A stretch of 64,000 bases of DNA from an uncultured delta proteobacterium (GTDB taxonomy: Bacteria; Desulfobacterota; Desulfarculia; JACQYL01; CAWGVV01), in assembly GCA_963821845.1 (NCBI GenBank), contig CAWGFI010000006.1:65478-129477 (forward strand). Reading direction: 5' to 3'. The first letter of the stretch is position 1; the number at the start of each line of letters is the position of its first letter. Below are positions 21,560-29,819 of this stretch, in pieces. Made by a program: the position numbers and the translations under genes. The notes under the pieces were generated by a model that searched no databases, was not told where the DNA came from, and saw only the letters and a list, made by a program, of their open reading frames with translations.

Positions 21560-21956
21560 TCCGTTTTGAGAGTCTTGAATCGGAGACGATTTCCGCCCGG
21601 TCCGTGGCGGACGACTCCAAAATTATAACCTATTCTTATGTAACAGAATAGGCAAAGAGAGAAAAGCCATGCGAAAGATTCGTGATGTGGAGCATATCAT
21701 TCAAAGAACACGGAGAAAACCGTTGCGGGGGATTTCTCTACGCGCCCTAAAAAATGTAGGGGCAAAAAATTTTTTGCCCCTACGGACCTGCCATGGCCTC
21801 GTCATGTCTCTGCTGGGCCGCGCCGCCCATACGCTACCAAGGTTTTTCAGGAATGTTCCACCCAGGGAGTCAAATAAGGTCTCCTTCTCCCTCCGGGAGA
21901 AGGCCGGGATGAGGGAAAAATAAAGAAAGCGTCAAACGGGCGGGCCGCAATAAAAA

Positions 21957-21993
21957 AGGCGGGGCCGATCCGGGCGCCCCGCCTCATTTTTTT
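21957..21993. terminator. bidirectional intrinsic terminator (A-run, GC hairpin, T-run)
   Basis: AAAAAAGGCGGGGC (21952-21965) pairs with GCCCCGCCT (21976-21984), followed by TTTTTTT. It sits 34 nt beyond the dodecin stop. Confidence 0.65.
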
Positions 21994-22026
21994 GTATCAT
22001 GAGACAAACAGGTAAAGCTCGCGAGT

Positions 22027-22242
22027 TTAATCTTCCAGAATGAAAATAACTTCCACTTTAACCCTGAACTCGATGATCTTTCCTTCCTCGATGGCGATTC
22101 TCTGTTCTATCACGCGCATTCCGGTTATGCCCCGGAGTGTTTTATTGGCGCGTTCAAAAGCTACTTTCACTGCGTCGTCAAAGCCTTTCGGCGACCCGGC
22201 GATAATCTCGGTAACCCGAGCCACGCGAGTATCTGCTGCCAT
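22027..22242 (-). CDS. dodecin family flavin-binding protein
   Basis: ORF track 22027..22446. Dodecin-like 71 aa starting MAADTRVARVTEIIAGSPKGFDDAVK... A GGAGGTG RBS lies 6 nt upstream of the ATG at 22242. Confidence 0.8.
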   Translation of the reverse strand: MAADTRVARVTEIIAGSPKGFDDAVKVAFERANKTLRGITGMRVIEQRIAIEEGKIIEFRVKVEVIFILED

Positions 22243-22528
22243 AGCTTTCACCTCCATGTATGGGTTACCTTCCATTGTAACGGAGGCGCCATGAAACGGG
22301 CAATACCAACCTTCAATATTTTTACGAAAAACCGAATATTTTTCATCCAACCGTCCCCGTTTCTTATGGGGAGACGGCCTCTTCCTTGCTTTAACGCCTC
22401 GGATTTTCTTCCAGTGATCAGCTCGACGGTTCAAACACGCGGCCAATATACTTTAATACTCAAATAGCTTGACATTCAAACTATATCGGGTTAAACAGGG
22501 CCATTACCGCAACCGAGGTCGAGGCTTT

Positions 22529-23176
22529 ATGGATCTATCACTCTTCTGGATCGCCCTGCAAACCAGCTTTTTCCTGGGATTGATTCACGGGGTCAACCCC
22601 TGCGGCCACTCGTGGCTCGTGCTCGCGCCGTTTGTCGCCGGCCATTCCGACGGCAAACGGGTATTCGTCATAACCACCGCCTTTCTGGCGGGGACGGGGC
22701 TGGCGTGCGTGGCCCTCGGCGTTACTCTGGGCGCGGTTTCCCATCTGATGCCCGTGTCCGCGCGGGGGACGCTGGATGTCATTGTCGCCGTTATCTTGAT
22801 TTTGCTGGGCCTTACGCTTATTATTAATCCCGATCTTTTGCACAGGCATAATGAAGAAGGGTGCTCGAACCGGCTTACTCGCGCCGCCGCTCCGGCCCTT
22901 TTCACTGTCGGCTTTCTGAATATGATCCTGCCCTGTCCGACGGTGGCCATTATGTATTCCTACGCCCTGGAATCACGCGCCGTACTGCAAAGCGCATGGG
23001 TGTTTGTCGGTTACGCCATCGGTACGGCCTTGAGCGTCGGGGGCGTCATCTTCGGAATCTACAAGATAACCAATTTGGCGCGGCGGCTTAACCAGGATTG
23101 GATCGAGGACACTATCATGCGCGCCGCCGGCGCCGTGACCCTCGTTTTTGGACTGTACTCGCTGTGGGCCCATTGA
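22529..23176 (+). CDS. polytopic membrane protein, DsbD_2/UreH-like (putative metal or thiol transporter)
   Basis: ORF track 22469..23176. ATG at 22529 (MDLSLFWIAL). LIHGVNPCGHSW motif in the first TM helix. The function assignment is tentative. Confidence 0.55.
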   Translation: MDLSLFWIALQTSFFLGLIHGVNPCGHSWLVLAPFVAGHSDGKRVFVITTAFLAGTGLACVALGVTLGAVSHLMPVSARGTLDVIVAVILILLGLTLIINPDLLHRHNEEGCSNRLTRAAAPALFTVGFLNMILPCPTVAIMYSYALESRAVLQSAWVFVGYAIGTALSVGGVIFGIYKITNLARRLNQDWIEDTIMRAAGAVTLVFGLYSLWAH

Positions 23177-23208
23177 GCGCCGCGCAACAGGCGGAGGACC
23201 AGCTGGTC

Positions 23209-23625
23209 ATGAAAAAAATCGAAACCCTGGCCCATCTGATGATCGAGTTCTACGAGAAGCTTTCATCGTGGGAGCACAGCGTCGTGCGCGGCAAAGGGCT
23301 GACGTTGCCCCAGATGCACACCCTGGAAATCCTGGGCGCCAACGACGACCTTCAAATGAAGGAGCTGGCCGGAAAAATGGGAGTCACCACGGGAACCCTC
23401 ACCGTGGTCGTGGACCGTCTGGAAAGCAAGGGGCTGGTGGAACGCAAGCCGCACGAACGGGACCGGCGCTCCATTCGAGTGAGTCTGACGCCCGAAGGCC
23501 AAAAGCGTTTTCTCGAACACCACAAACTGCACATTCAGCTTACGCAGGAAATTACCAGCGCCCTGCAATCCGAGGACGTCGATCAACTCGCCGCACTCAT
23601 GGAAAAGATCGTCGCCCGCTTTTAA
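23209..23625 (+). CDS. MarR family transcriptional regulator
   Basis: ORF track 23098..23625. Start MKKIETLAHL at 23209. Winged-helix core LTLPQMHTLEILG...MKELAGKMGVTTGTLTVVVDRLESKGLVERKPHERDRRS. Confidence 0.85.
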   Translation: MKKIETLAHLMIEFYEKLSSWEHSVVRGKGLTLPQMHTLEILGANDDLQMKELAGKMGVTTGTLTVVVDRLESKGLVERKPHERDRRSIRVSLTPEGQKRFLEHHKLHIQLTQEITSALQSEDVDQLAALMEKIVARF

Positions 23626-23739
23626 CACGCGCGAAGCGCCCATTTGAACTCGCCGATACGGCGTTTCAGGAAAATCCTGTTTCTTGATTTGCCATCCGGC
23701 CCTGATTACTTTTTAAATATGAGTGAGGAGGTGACGAGC

Positions 23740-23904
23740 ATGGAATATTCCTTTGAAACGTTTCACGCCGAAAACAGCCGTTTCGACAAGGATTTCACCT
23801 CGTTTCTGAATGGTAGGACCAGGGACAAATGGTCGGTGAGGGAATGCAGCTATTGCCACGACCAAAACGAGCTTTACGCGTCCTGTCTTTTTGAACGAGG
23901 ATAA
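23740..23904 (+). CDS. small hypothetical protein (54 aa, Cys-containing)
   Basis: ATG at 23740 follows GAGGAGGTGACGAGC (strong RBS). Sequence is MEYSFETFHAENSRFDKDFTSFLNGRTRDKWSVRECSYCHDQNELYASCLFERG. No family recognised. Confidence 0.4.
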   Translation: MEYSFETFHAENSRFDKDFTSFLNGRTRDKWSVRECSYCHDQNELYASCLFERG

Positions 23905-23950
23905 GGGAAATCGTCCGAACGGGCGGCTATCGGCGCGAATCAAGCGATAT

Positions 23951-23988
23951 AAAAACGGGGATTGATTTTGATGTCCCCGTTTTGTTTC
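23951..23988. terminator. bidirectional hairpin terminator between convergent genes
   Basis: AAAAACGGGGA (23951-23961) pairs with TCCCCGTTTTG (23974-23984). There is an A-run before and a T-run after. Confidence 0.6.
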
Positions 23989-24012
23989 CTGACGCTCTAT
24001 TGTCCGGGAGAT

Positions 24013-25407
24013 TTAAAATCGGAAATAGATGAAGGGGTTGAAGGCGCCGGTGGCAAGCTTGGTCAAGGCTATAAAGAACAGACACGCCGAACAGAAGTCG
24101 TATACATACCCGCCTACCAACGATTTCCTGCGCCGTTGCAAAAGCTTGGCCACGATTGGCGTAGATGCGATCGAGGCGACGATAAACCAAGGATAGTATT
24201 GCAGGATATTCATTATTTCCAGGGTAGAAACCTTCCCCGGCCCGTAAAAGCCCAGGATTGTCATCACCCACCGGCCGATATCCCGGAAACTTTCGATCCT
24301 GAAAATAATCCAGCCAAAGACAAAAATAAAAATGGTGTAAAAGTGTTGGAATAATCTTGGTAACGCGGACAGCAACCCGCCCCACAGTTTCCTTTCCCCC
24401 GCCAACAGGATTCCATAGTACAATCCCCAACACATGAAATTCCAGCTTGCCCCATGCCAGAGGCCGGTAAGAGACCAGACAATCAATATATTGATCAGCC
24501 ATCGGGACGTGGTAACCTGATTCCCTCCCAGCGGTATGTAGACATAGTCCCGGAAAAAAGTGGAGAGCGATATGTGCCAGCGCCGCCAGAACTCGGTCAC
24601 CGAACGTGAAATGTACGGATAGTTGAAGTTTTCCAGAAAGTGAAAACCGAACATCCGGCCCAGACCGATCGCCATGTCGGAATAACCCGAGAAATCGAAG
24701 TAAATCTGGAACGTATACGCGACAAAACCGTACCAGGCGGGAATCGCGCCGACCGTGGAAGGTTCGGCCCGCAATATCGTATCGGCGATGACCCCCATGG
24801 TATTGGCGATAAAAATTTTTTTGCAGAATCCGATAATGAATCGCCGTAATCCGTCGGAAATGTCGCCCATATTTTCCCGGCGCGAAAGCAATTCCTGTTC
24901 GATTGTCTCGTAACGGACGATCGGCCCGGCGATAAGCTGGGGGAACATCGACAGGTAGGCCCCGAAGAAAACCGGATTTTTTTGAGGCGTTATGTTGTCG
25001 CGATAGACATCGACGAGATAGGAAATAGCCTGGAAGGTATAAAACGAAATGCCGATGGGCAGATAGATGTGCGCCAGACGCAACTGGAATCCGAAGGCGT
25101 TGCCGGCGTTCTCCACAAAAAAATTGCCGTATTTAAAGAGCGCAATGCCGAACAGGTTGATCACGACACCGAAAACAAGAATGACGACGCTGTAGTTCGT
25201 TCTCCGGGCAATCAGGAGAGCCAGGAACCAATTAAGCGTAATCGAAGCGATCATCAGAACGACGTAATGCGGCTCTCCCCAGGAATAAAAAAAAAGGGAC
25301 GTGATCAGCAATACGACGTTACGCCATGCGCGGTTGTTCGATGAAAAATAGGCGACCAGGGTAAGCGGCAAAAAATAGAATAAGAAAACGAAACTGGAAA
25401 AAACCAT
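24013..25407 (-). CDS. MBOAT family O-acyltransferase (AlgI/DltB-like)
   Basis: 464-aa polytopic ORF. Conserved MBOAT region FWRRWHISLSTFFRDYVYIPLGGN with the catalytic His context. Confidence 0.85.
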   Translation of the reverse strand: MVFSSFVFLFYFLPLTLVAYFSSNNRAWRNVVLLITSLFFYSWGEPHYVVLMIASITLNWFLALLIARRTNYSVVILVFGVVINLFGIALFKYGNFFVENAGNAFGFQLRLAHIYLPIGISFYTFQAISYLVDVYRDNITPQKNPVFFGAYLSMFPQLIAGPIVRYETIEQELLSRRENMGDISDGLRRFIIGFCKKIFIANTMGVIADTILRAEPSTVGAIPAWYGFVAYTFQIYFDFSGYSDMAIGLGRMFGFHFLENFNYPYISRSVTEFWRRWHISLSTFFRDYVYIPLGGNQVTTSRWLINILIVWSLTGLWHGASWNFMCWGLYYGILLAGERKLWGGLLSALPRLFQHFYTIFIFVFGWIIFRIESFRDIGRWVMTILGFYGPGKVSTLEIMNILQYYPWFIVASIASTPIVAKLLQRRRKSLVGGYVYDFCSACLFFIALTKLATGAFNPFIYFRF

Positions 25408-25413
25408 GCCCGG

Positions 25414-26712
25414 TTATTCTTCCTTCCATTCCGAGAAACCCAGCACGAATCTCTGGTCGGCGAAATAAACCAGGTCATCGATCTTATGGTCCCGAATGAA
25501 TTCGGTCAGATTGAATTCCCTTCCGGTCTCCTTTTCGAAGTTGCGTGGATCGATAAAAAAGGCGTGATGATAATGTCGGCTTATCAACGGTGTTATACAG
25601 TTGTCGTACGAGTCCCCTATCACCACGATGTTTCTCCGGCTCACATCGGGATTCATATATTCCAGCAGCCCGTAGTTCTTGCCGAAATAGTTATAGTGGT
25701 CCACAAACGCTCCCGAAAGCGTGGAATCACCTATTCTGCTTTTATAGTTTTCCTTACAAACATAGCCGCTATTCTGTCCGCTCGGAACTCCGTTTACGTA
25801 TATCTGAAAATCAGGCAGATCGAAGTCCGCGTCCTCTATTTCATCATAGATGGTTTCAAGTTTTCCCGCGGCGCGAGCGTCCGATCCGCGAAATATCAGA
25901 CCCGGCAATTTGAACCATTTCTTGGGAACAAGAACCGGCGTTTCTTCCATGTCCTTTAAGTAAAGTTTGTCTATTAGCTGTCTATACGCCGTATAGCTGC
26001 CTTTCATGCATAAATGATGATCAGTTTTGTAATAGCATTCCAGAGCTTCTCTCGGTGAAAGTTCATTCCCGGGAAAGAAGTATTGAATTCGATCGTCAAG
26101 AAGGGAGAAGAATTCGCGGACATATTTATCGCCGGTGAAGGGGGCGGTATCTATCCCCAACTCTCGATAATACATCACCGCCCAGTCCGCTTTGCTCAAG
26201 ACGGGAACCAGGACCAGGCGGACGGAGGGGTTTTCTCTTATGAAGCGGTTGTAGCGCTCGGCGCTTACCCGTAAAAGTTCTCGTTTTTGTTGCGAAAGCG
26301 TCTCCGGAGTTCGTATGAGCGCTTTCTCGTTTTTGGCTAAAAGGACGTCGCCCCCGATCGGCAGCAGAGGAGTCCAATCACTGGGCAAAACATCGAGAAA
26401 CTCCTTGTCGAACCAACGACTTACCCATTTATACGTAAAGATGAAGGGAGTGGGGAAATGATCGCTGGTCGCGTTCTCTAAATGCTGTTGAAAAAAACCC
26501 GTGAAAAATCGCTTTTCATAGGGCCCCGCATACCACTCGCGGCTCCGGCCCATTATTTCCCAGAAGTCCGAAGCGCCGATCTCCTCGCAGATACCTTTAA
26601 TTCCCAGGAAGCTGTAGACATTCCAGGCCATTCCGGAAAAAAGAAGCCCAATGACAAGAAAAGAGTATAAAATGTTCTTCTTGTGATCAGAGTGTGCGCC
26701 TTTTACACGCAT
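25414..26712 (-). CDS. AlgJ/AlgX-like (SGNH-like) O-acetyltransferase partner protein
   Basis: ORF track 25414..26763. Likely start MRVKGAHSDHKK at 26712 with one N-terminal TM segment. YYKTDHHL motif and its position directly upstream of the MBOAT gene. Confidence 0.55.
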   Translation of the reverse strand: MRVKGAHSDHKKNILYSFLVIGLLFSGMAWNVYSFLGIKGICEEIGASDFWEIMGRSREWYAGPYEKRFFTGFFQQHLENATSDHFPTPFIFTYKWVSRWFDKEFLDVLPSDWTPLLPIGGDVLLAKNEKALIRTPETLSQQKRELLRVSAERYNRFIRENPSVRLVLVPVLSKADWAVMYYRELGIDTAPFTGDKYVREFFSLLDDRIQYFFPGNELSPREALECYYKTDHHLCMKGSYTAYRQLIDKLYLKDMEETPVLVPKKWFKLPGLIFRGSDARAAGKLETIYDEIEDADFDLPDFQIYVNGVPSGQNSGYVCKENYKSRIGDSTLSGAFVDHYNYFGKNYGLLEYMNPDVSRRNIVVIGDSYDNCITPLISRHYHHAFFIDPRNFEKETGREFNLTEFIRDHKIDDLVYFADQRFVLGFSEWKEE

Positions 26713-26933
26713 GATTAGAAATTCCTGGAAATTATCTGAAAAAAGATGATAAAATACATTCAATTGTCAATTATACTAGCTGTAAAAGAAATAAACCATC
26801 TTAAAAATGCGTCAGCCATGAAACGACTCGATCTTAAGACTTATTATGGCAAAAAAAACTTTATTCGCGCGTCCGACGCTTGACGCCGTCGAACCGCTCT
26901 TCCATATAATTATGTTCAGGGCCATAAAAATCC

Positions 26934-26962
26934 TTGACTTCTCTTGGCTCTTTATATTATAG
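26934..26962 (+). promoter_or_regulatory. candidate sigma70-type promoter for the trp/aro leader region
   Basis: TTGACT at 26934-26939 followed by the A/T-rich TTTATATTATAG (26951-26962). Candidate -10 hexamers TATTAT/TTATAG sit at 15-17 nt spacing. Confidence 0.4.
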
Positions 26963-26969
26963 ATCAGCA

Positions 26970-27071
26970 ATGGCGCTCAAAATTCCAACACACCCCATGT
27001 TTGACCCTCACCAAAGAACGTCCGCCGCGTTGCGGAACGGCTACTATTTTTGCTGGTGGCGCTCGTCTTGA
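26970..27071 (+). CDS. leader peptide 1 (33 aa), trpL-like: MALKIPTHPMFDPHQRTSAALRNGYYFCWWRSS*
   Basis: Own translation; too short for the ORF track. Tandem TGG TGG at 27054-27059 is preceded by TAC TAT TTT. The stop lies 3 codons after WW, as in E. coli TrpL (...GWWRTS). A terminator lies ~50 nt downstream. No clear RBS. Confidence 0.55.
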   Translation: MALKIPTHPMFDPHQRTSAALRNGYYFCWWRSS

Positions 27072-27123
27072 CGGTGGGGGCTCATCCGGTTTACGCCAGT
27101 TAGAAATAGTTGAGATGATACTG

Positions 27124-27160
27124 CCCGCCCTCGAAAGAAGGCGGGTTTTTTTTTGCTTTT
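27124..27160 (+). terminator. intrinsic terminator / attenuator 1
   Basis: CCCGCCCTC-GAAA-GAAGGCGGG hairpin (27124-27145, GNRA-type loop) followed by T9GCT6. Confidence 0.7.
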
Positions 27161-27176
27161 TTGAGGAGTAACAACC

Positions 27177-27260
27177 ATGAACACGACCGTACGCCGCTTT
27201 TTTTGTTTTTGGTATTGGCGCTTCTTCTTTCGTCAACCGGCGGTGAGGTCTGTGCTATGA
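27177..27260 (+). CDS. leader peptide 2 (27 aa), aromatic-rich: MNTTVRRFFCFWYWRFFFRQPAVRSVL*
   Basis: Own translation. GGAG RBS at 27165-27168, 8 nt before the ATG. Nine aromatic codons out of eleven at 27198-27230 (6 Phe, 2 Trp, 1 Tyr). Confidence 0.7.
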   Translation: MNTTVRRFFCFWYWRFFFRQPAVRSVL

Positions 27261-27291
27261 ATATCTGAATACTCTTTGAAGCAGCGCATAC

Positions 27292-27330
27292 AGCCCACCG
27301 CCGGACCCGGCGATGGGCTTTTTTCATTTT
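27292..27330 (+). terminator. intrinsic terminator / attenuator 2 immediately upstream of trpE
   Basis: GCCCACCGCCGG (27293-27304) pairs with CCGGCGATGGGC (27307-27318) with one mismatch, followed by TTTTTTCATTTTT. CCGGCGGTG inside leader 2 (27237-27245) is the exact complement of the terminator 5' arm segment CACCGCCGG (27296-27304), giving a candidate antiterminator. Confidence 0.7.
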
Positions 27331-27341
27331 TGGAGGAGCGT

Positions 27342-28727
27342 ATGAACCTGAGTGTACAAAGCGTGGAAAGGCTGGCCGATATCGAAACACCTGTTTCGGC
27401 CTATCTCAAACTGTGTAAAGGCAAACCGGACTCCTTTCTCCTGGAGAGCGTGGAGACCAAGTACGTGACCGGCCGCTATTCCATCGTGGCCTATGACCCG
27501 CTTTATTCCATGGAGCTGGGGCCGGAAAGCGCCGTAATACGGAACAACGGGTCCGAGGAGTCGGCCCCGGCGGCCGAATTCTTCAACCTCATCAAATCCG
27601 GCCTGGACAAACTCAAGCTGGAAACGCCCTCGCCCCTGCCGGCGGTGGGGTCGCTGATGGGGTATGTGGGCTACGACGCCGTCCGCCTGATCGAGCGTCT
27701 TCCCAACCCCCGTCCCGGCGTCCTGCCCGTCGCCCGCCTCGTTTTCCCGTCCCGTTTCGTCCTTTTCGATCATGTGCGCCGAGTCATGATTTTGCTGGCC
27801 ATCGGTAACAATGAAACCGCCTGCGCCGAAAAAATCGACGACATGACCGCCGCCCTGCGCGGACCCCGGAGTTTTCCCGCCACGGGCCGCAAGCTGGAAA
27901 TCACTCCGCCTCCGCCAGAGCGCTACCACGAGGCGGTGCGCAAGGCCAAACAGTACATCCGGGAAGGCGACATCTTCCAGGTAGTGCTGTCCGACGTGTT
28001 TGAAGGCGAAACCGACATGAGCCCCTTTGAAGCCTATCGCCGACTGCGGGTGCGCAGCCCATCGCCCTACATGTTTTACGCCGATTTCGGCGCCTATCAA
28101 CTGGTGGGCGCTTCTCCGGAAACCCTGGTCAAGGTGAAGGACAAAATCGTCACCATCATGCCTATCGCGGGCACGCGGGGCCGTTCGGAAGATACCAAGC
28201 GGGACCGGGAACTGGAAGAAGAGCTGATCACGTCGGACAAGGAGTTCGCCGAACACCTCATGCTGGTGGATCTGGCCCGAAACGACGTGGGCCGGGTGGC
28301 GCGCTACGGCACGGTCAACGTCGATCCCTATCGCACCGTGGAGCGCTACAGCCACGTCATGCACATCGTGTGTCAGGTCCAGGGGCGGCTGCGGGATGAG
28401 ATGGACGCGGTGGACGCCTTCATGGCCGGTTTTCCGGCGGGCACGGTTTCCGGAGCGCCCAAAGTCCGCGCCATGGAGATAATCGACGAACTGGAATGTT
28501 CCAACCGCGGCCCGTACGCGGGCGCGGTAGGCTATTTCGGGCCGGGAAACGTCACGGACACCTGCATCGCCATACGAGTCATCCTGTTCGAACAGGACCG
28601 CTTCACCATACGGGTGGGCGCGGGGATCGTCGCCGATTCGGAGCCCAAATTCGAATACAAGGAAATCCAGAACAAGGCCGCCCAGAGTATCTACGCGCTG
28701 CAGGCGGCCGCCAGGGGGGAGTCATGA
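27342..28727 (+). CDS. trpE: anthranilate synthase component I
   Basis: ORF track 27276..28727. ATG at 27342 follows GGAGGA. Intact 461 aa with LLESVE, GDIFQVVLS and the PYAGAVGYF..IAIR motifs. Confidence 0.9.
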   Translation: MNLSVQSVERLADIETPVSAYLKLCKGKPDSFLLESVETKYVTGRYSIVAYDPLYSMELGPESAVIRNNGSEESAPAAEFFNLIKSGLDKLKLETPSPLPAVGSLMGYVGYDAVRLIERLPNPRPGVLPVARLVFPSRFVLFDHVRRVMILLAIGNNETACAEKIDDMTAALRGPRSFPATGRKLEITPPPPERYHEAVRKAKQYIREGDIFQVVLSDVFEGETDMSPFEAYRRLRVRSPSPYMFYADFGAYQLVGASPETLVKVKDKIVTIMPIAGTRGRSEDTKRDRELEEELITSDKEFAEHLMLVDLARNDVGRVARYGTVNVDPYRTVERYSHVMHIVCQVQGRLRDEMDAVDAFMAGFPAGTVSGAPKVRAMEIIDELECSNRGPYAGAVGYFGPGNVTDTCIAIRVILFEQDRFTIRVGAGIVADSEPKFEYKEIQNKAAQSIYALQAAARGES

Positions 28728-29793
28728 TACAGGAAGCCATCGCCAAGGTCGTGGAAGGAACCGACTTGTCCGAACTGGAAATGATGGCAGGTCATGGATT
28801 TCATCACCGAAGGCCGGGCCACGCCCGCCCAGATCGGCGCCCTGCTCATCGGCTTGCGCATGAAGGGCGAAACCGTGGACGAAATCGCCGGGGCGGCCCG
28901 AGTCATGCGCAATAAAAGTGTTCGCATTCCCGTGGGAGAATCCAACGTTTCCATGGATCGCGACGAAATAAACATGGACCGGGAAACCATCGTCGACACC
29001 TGCGGGACCGGCGGGGACGGGACCAGGACCTTCAACGTCTCCACCACCACCGCCTTTGTGGCCGCCGGCGCGGGTCTGAAAGTGGCCAAGCACGGCAACC
29101 GGTCGGTGTCCAGCCAGTGCGGCAGCGCGGACGTGATCGAGGCCCTGGGAATCCGAATCGATCTGAAGCCTGAACAGGTGGGCGCGTGCATCGACGAGGT
29201 GGGCATCGGCTTTTTGTACGCGCCGCTTCTGCACGGGGCCATGCGCCACGTCATCGGGCCGCGCAAGGAAATCGGTCTGCGCACGATTTTCAACATCCTG
29301 GGGCCGCTGACCAACCCGGCCGGGCGCCACGGTGCAGGTGCTGGGCGTCTACCGGGAGGATCTCACCGACGTCATGGCCCGGACGCTTCAACGGCTGGGC
29401 TGCCGCAGCGCGTTCGTGGTTCACGGTGAGGGGAGCTACGACGAAATCAGCGTGACCGGCCCCACCAGGATAACCCGGCTTTGCGGCGATGACGTAACCT
29501 CGCTGTCGGTGACGCCCGAAGAACTGGGGCTGCGGAGGGCCAAGCCCGAAGAGATCCTGGGCGGAGACGCCGCAGAAAACGCGGCCATTGTCAGGTCCGT
29601 CCTGTCGGGCCGCCATGACGCGCGCCGGGACATGGTGCTCATGAACGCCGCCGCCGCGCTGGTGGCCGCCGGAAAGGCCGACGGCCTGCCGCAGGGCGTG
29701 GAAATGGCGGCGGAAGCCATCGACAGCGGTCGAGCCGCTCAAAAACTGAACGATCTGGCGGAACTGAGCGTCCGCTTCAGTCAGGCCGCCTAG
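28724..29793 (+). pseudogene. trpD: anthranilate phosphoribosyltransferase, interrupted by 2 frame shifts as assembled
   Basis: Three collinear frame segments: [22 protein letters not shown] | [19 protein letters not shown]...[15 protein letters not shown]...[10 protein letters not shown] | [11 protein letters not shown]...MNAAAAL. Shifts (+1 each) are near 28790 and 29331. The ATG overlaps the trpE stop (ATGA). Confidence 0.8.
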
Positions 29794-29819
29794 CGGCTCA
29801 CCGGAAGAGAAGCGGATTC

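Noticed and set aside
26944-27390. Track ORFs 26944..27171 (+), 26964..27236 (-) and 27100..27390 (-) in the trp leader region
   Set aside because: They run across terminator hairpins and U/A-tracts and have no RBS. The short aromatic-codon ORFs in other frames give a coherent attenuator model instead.
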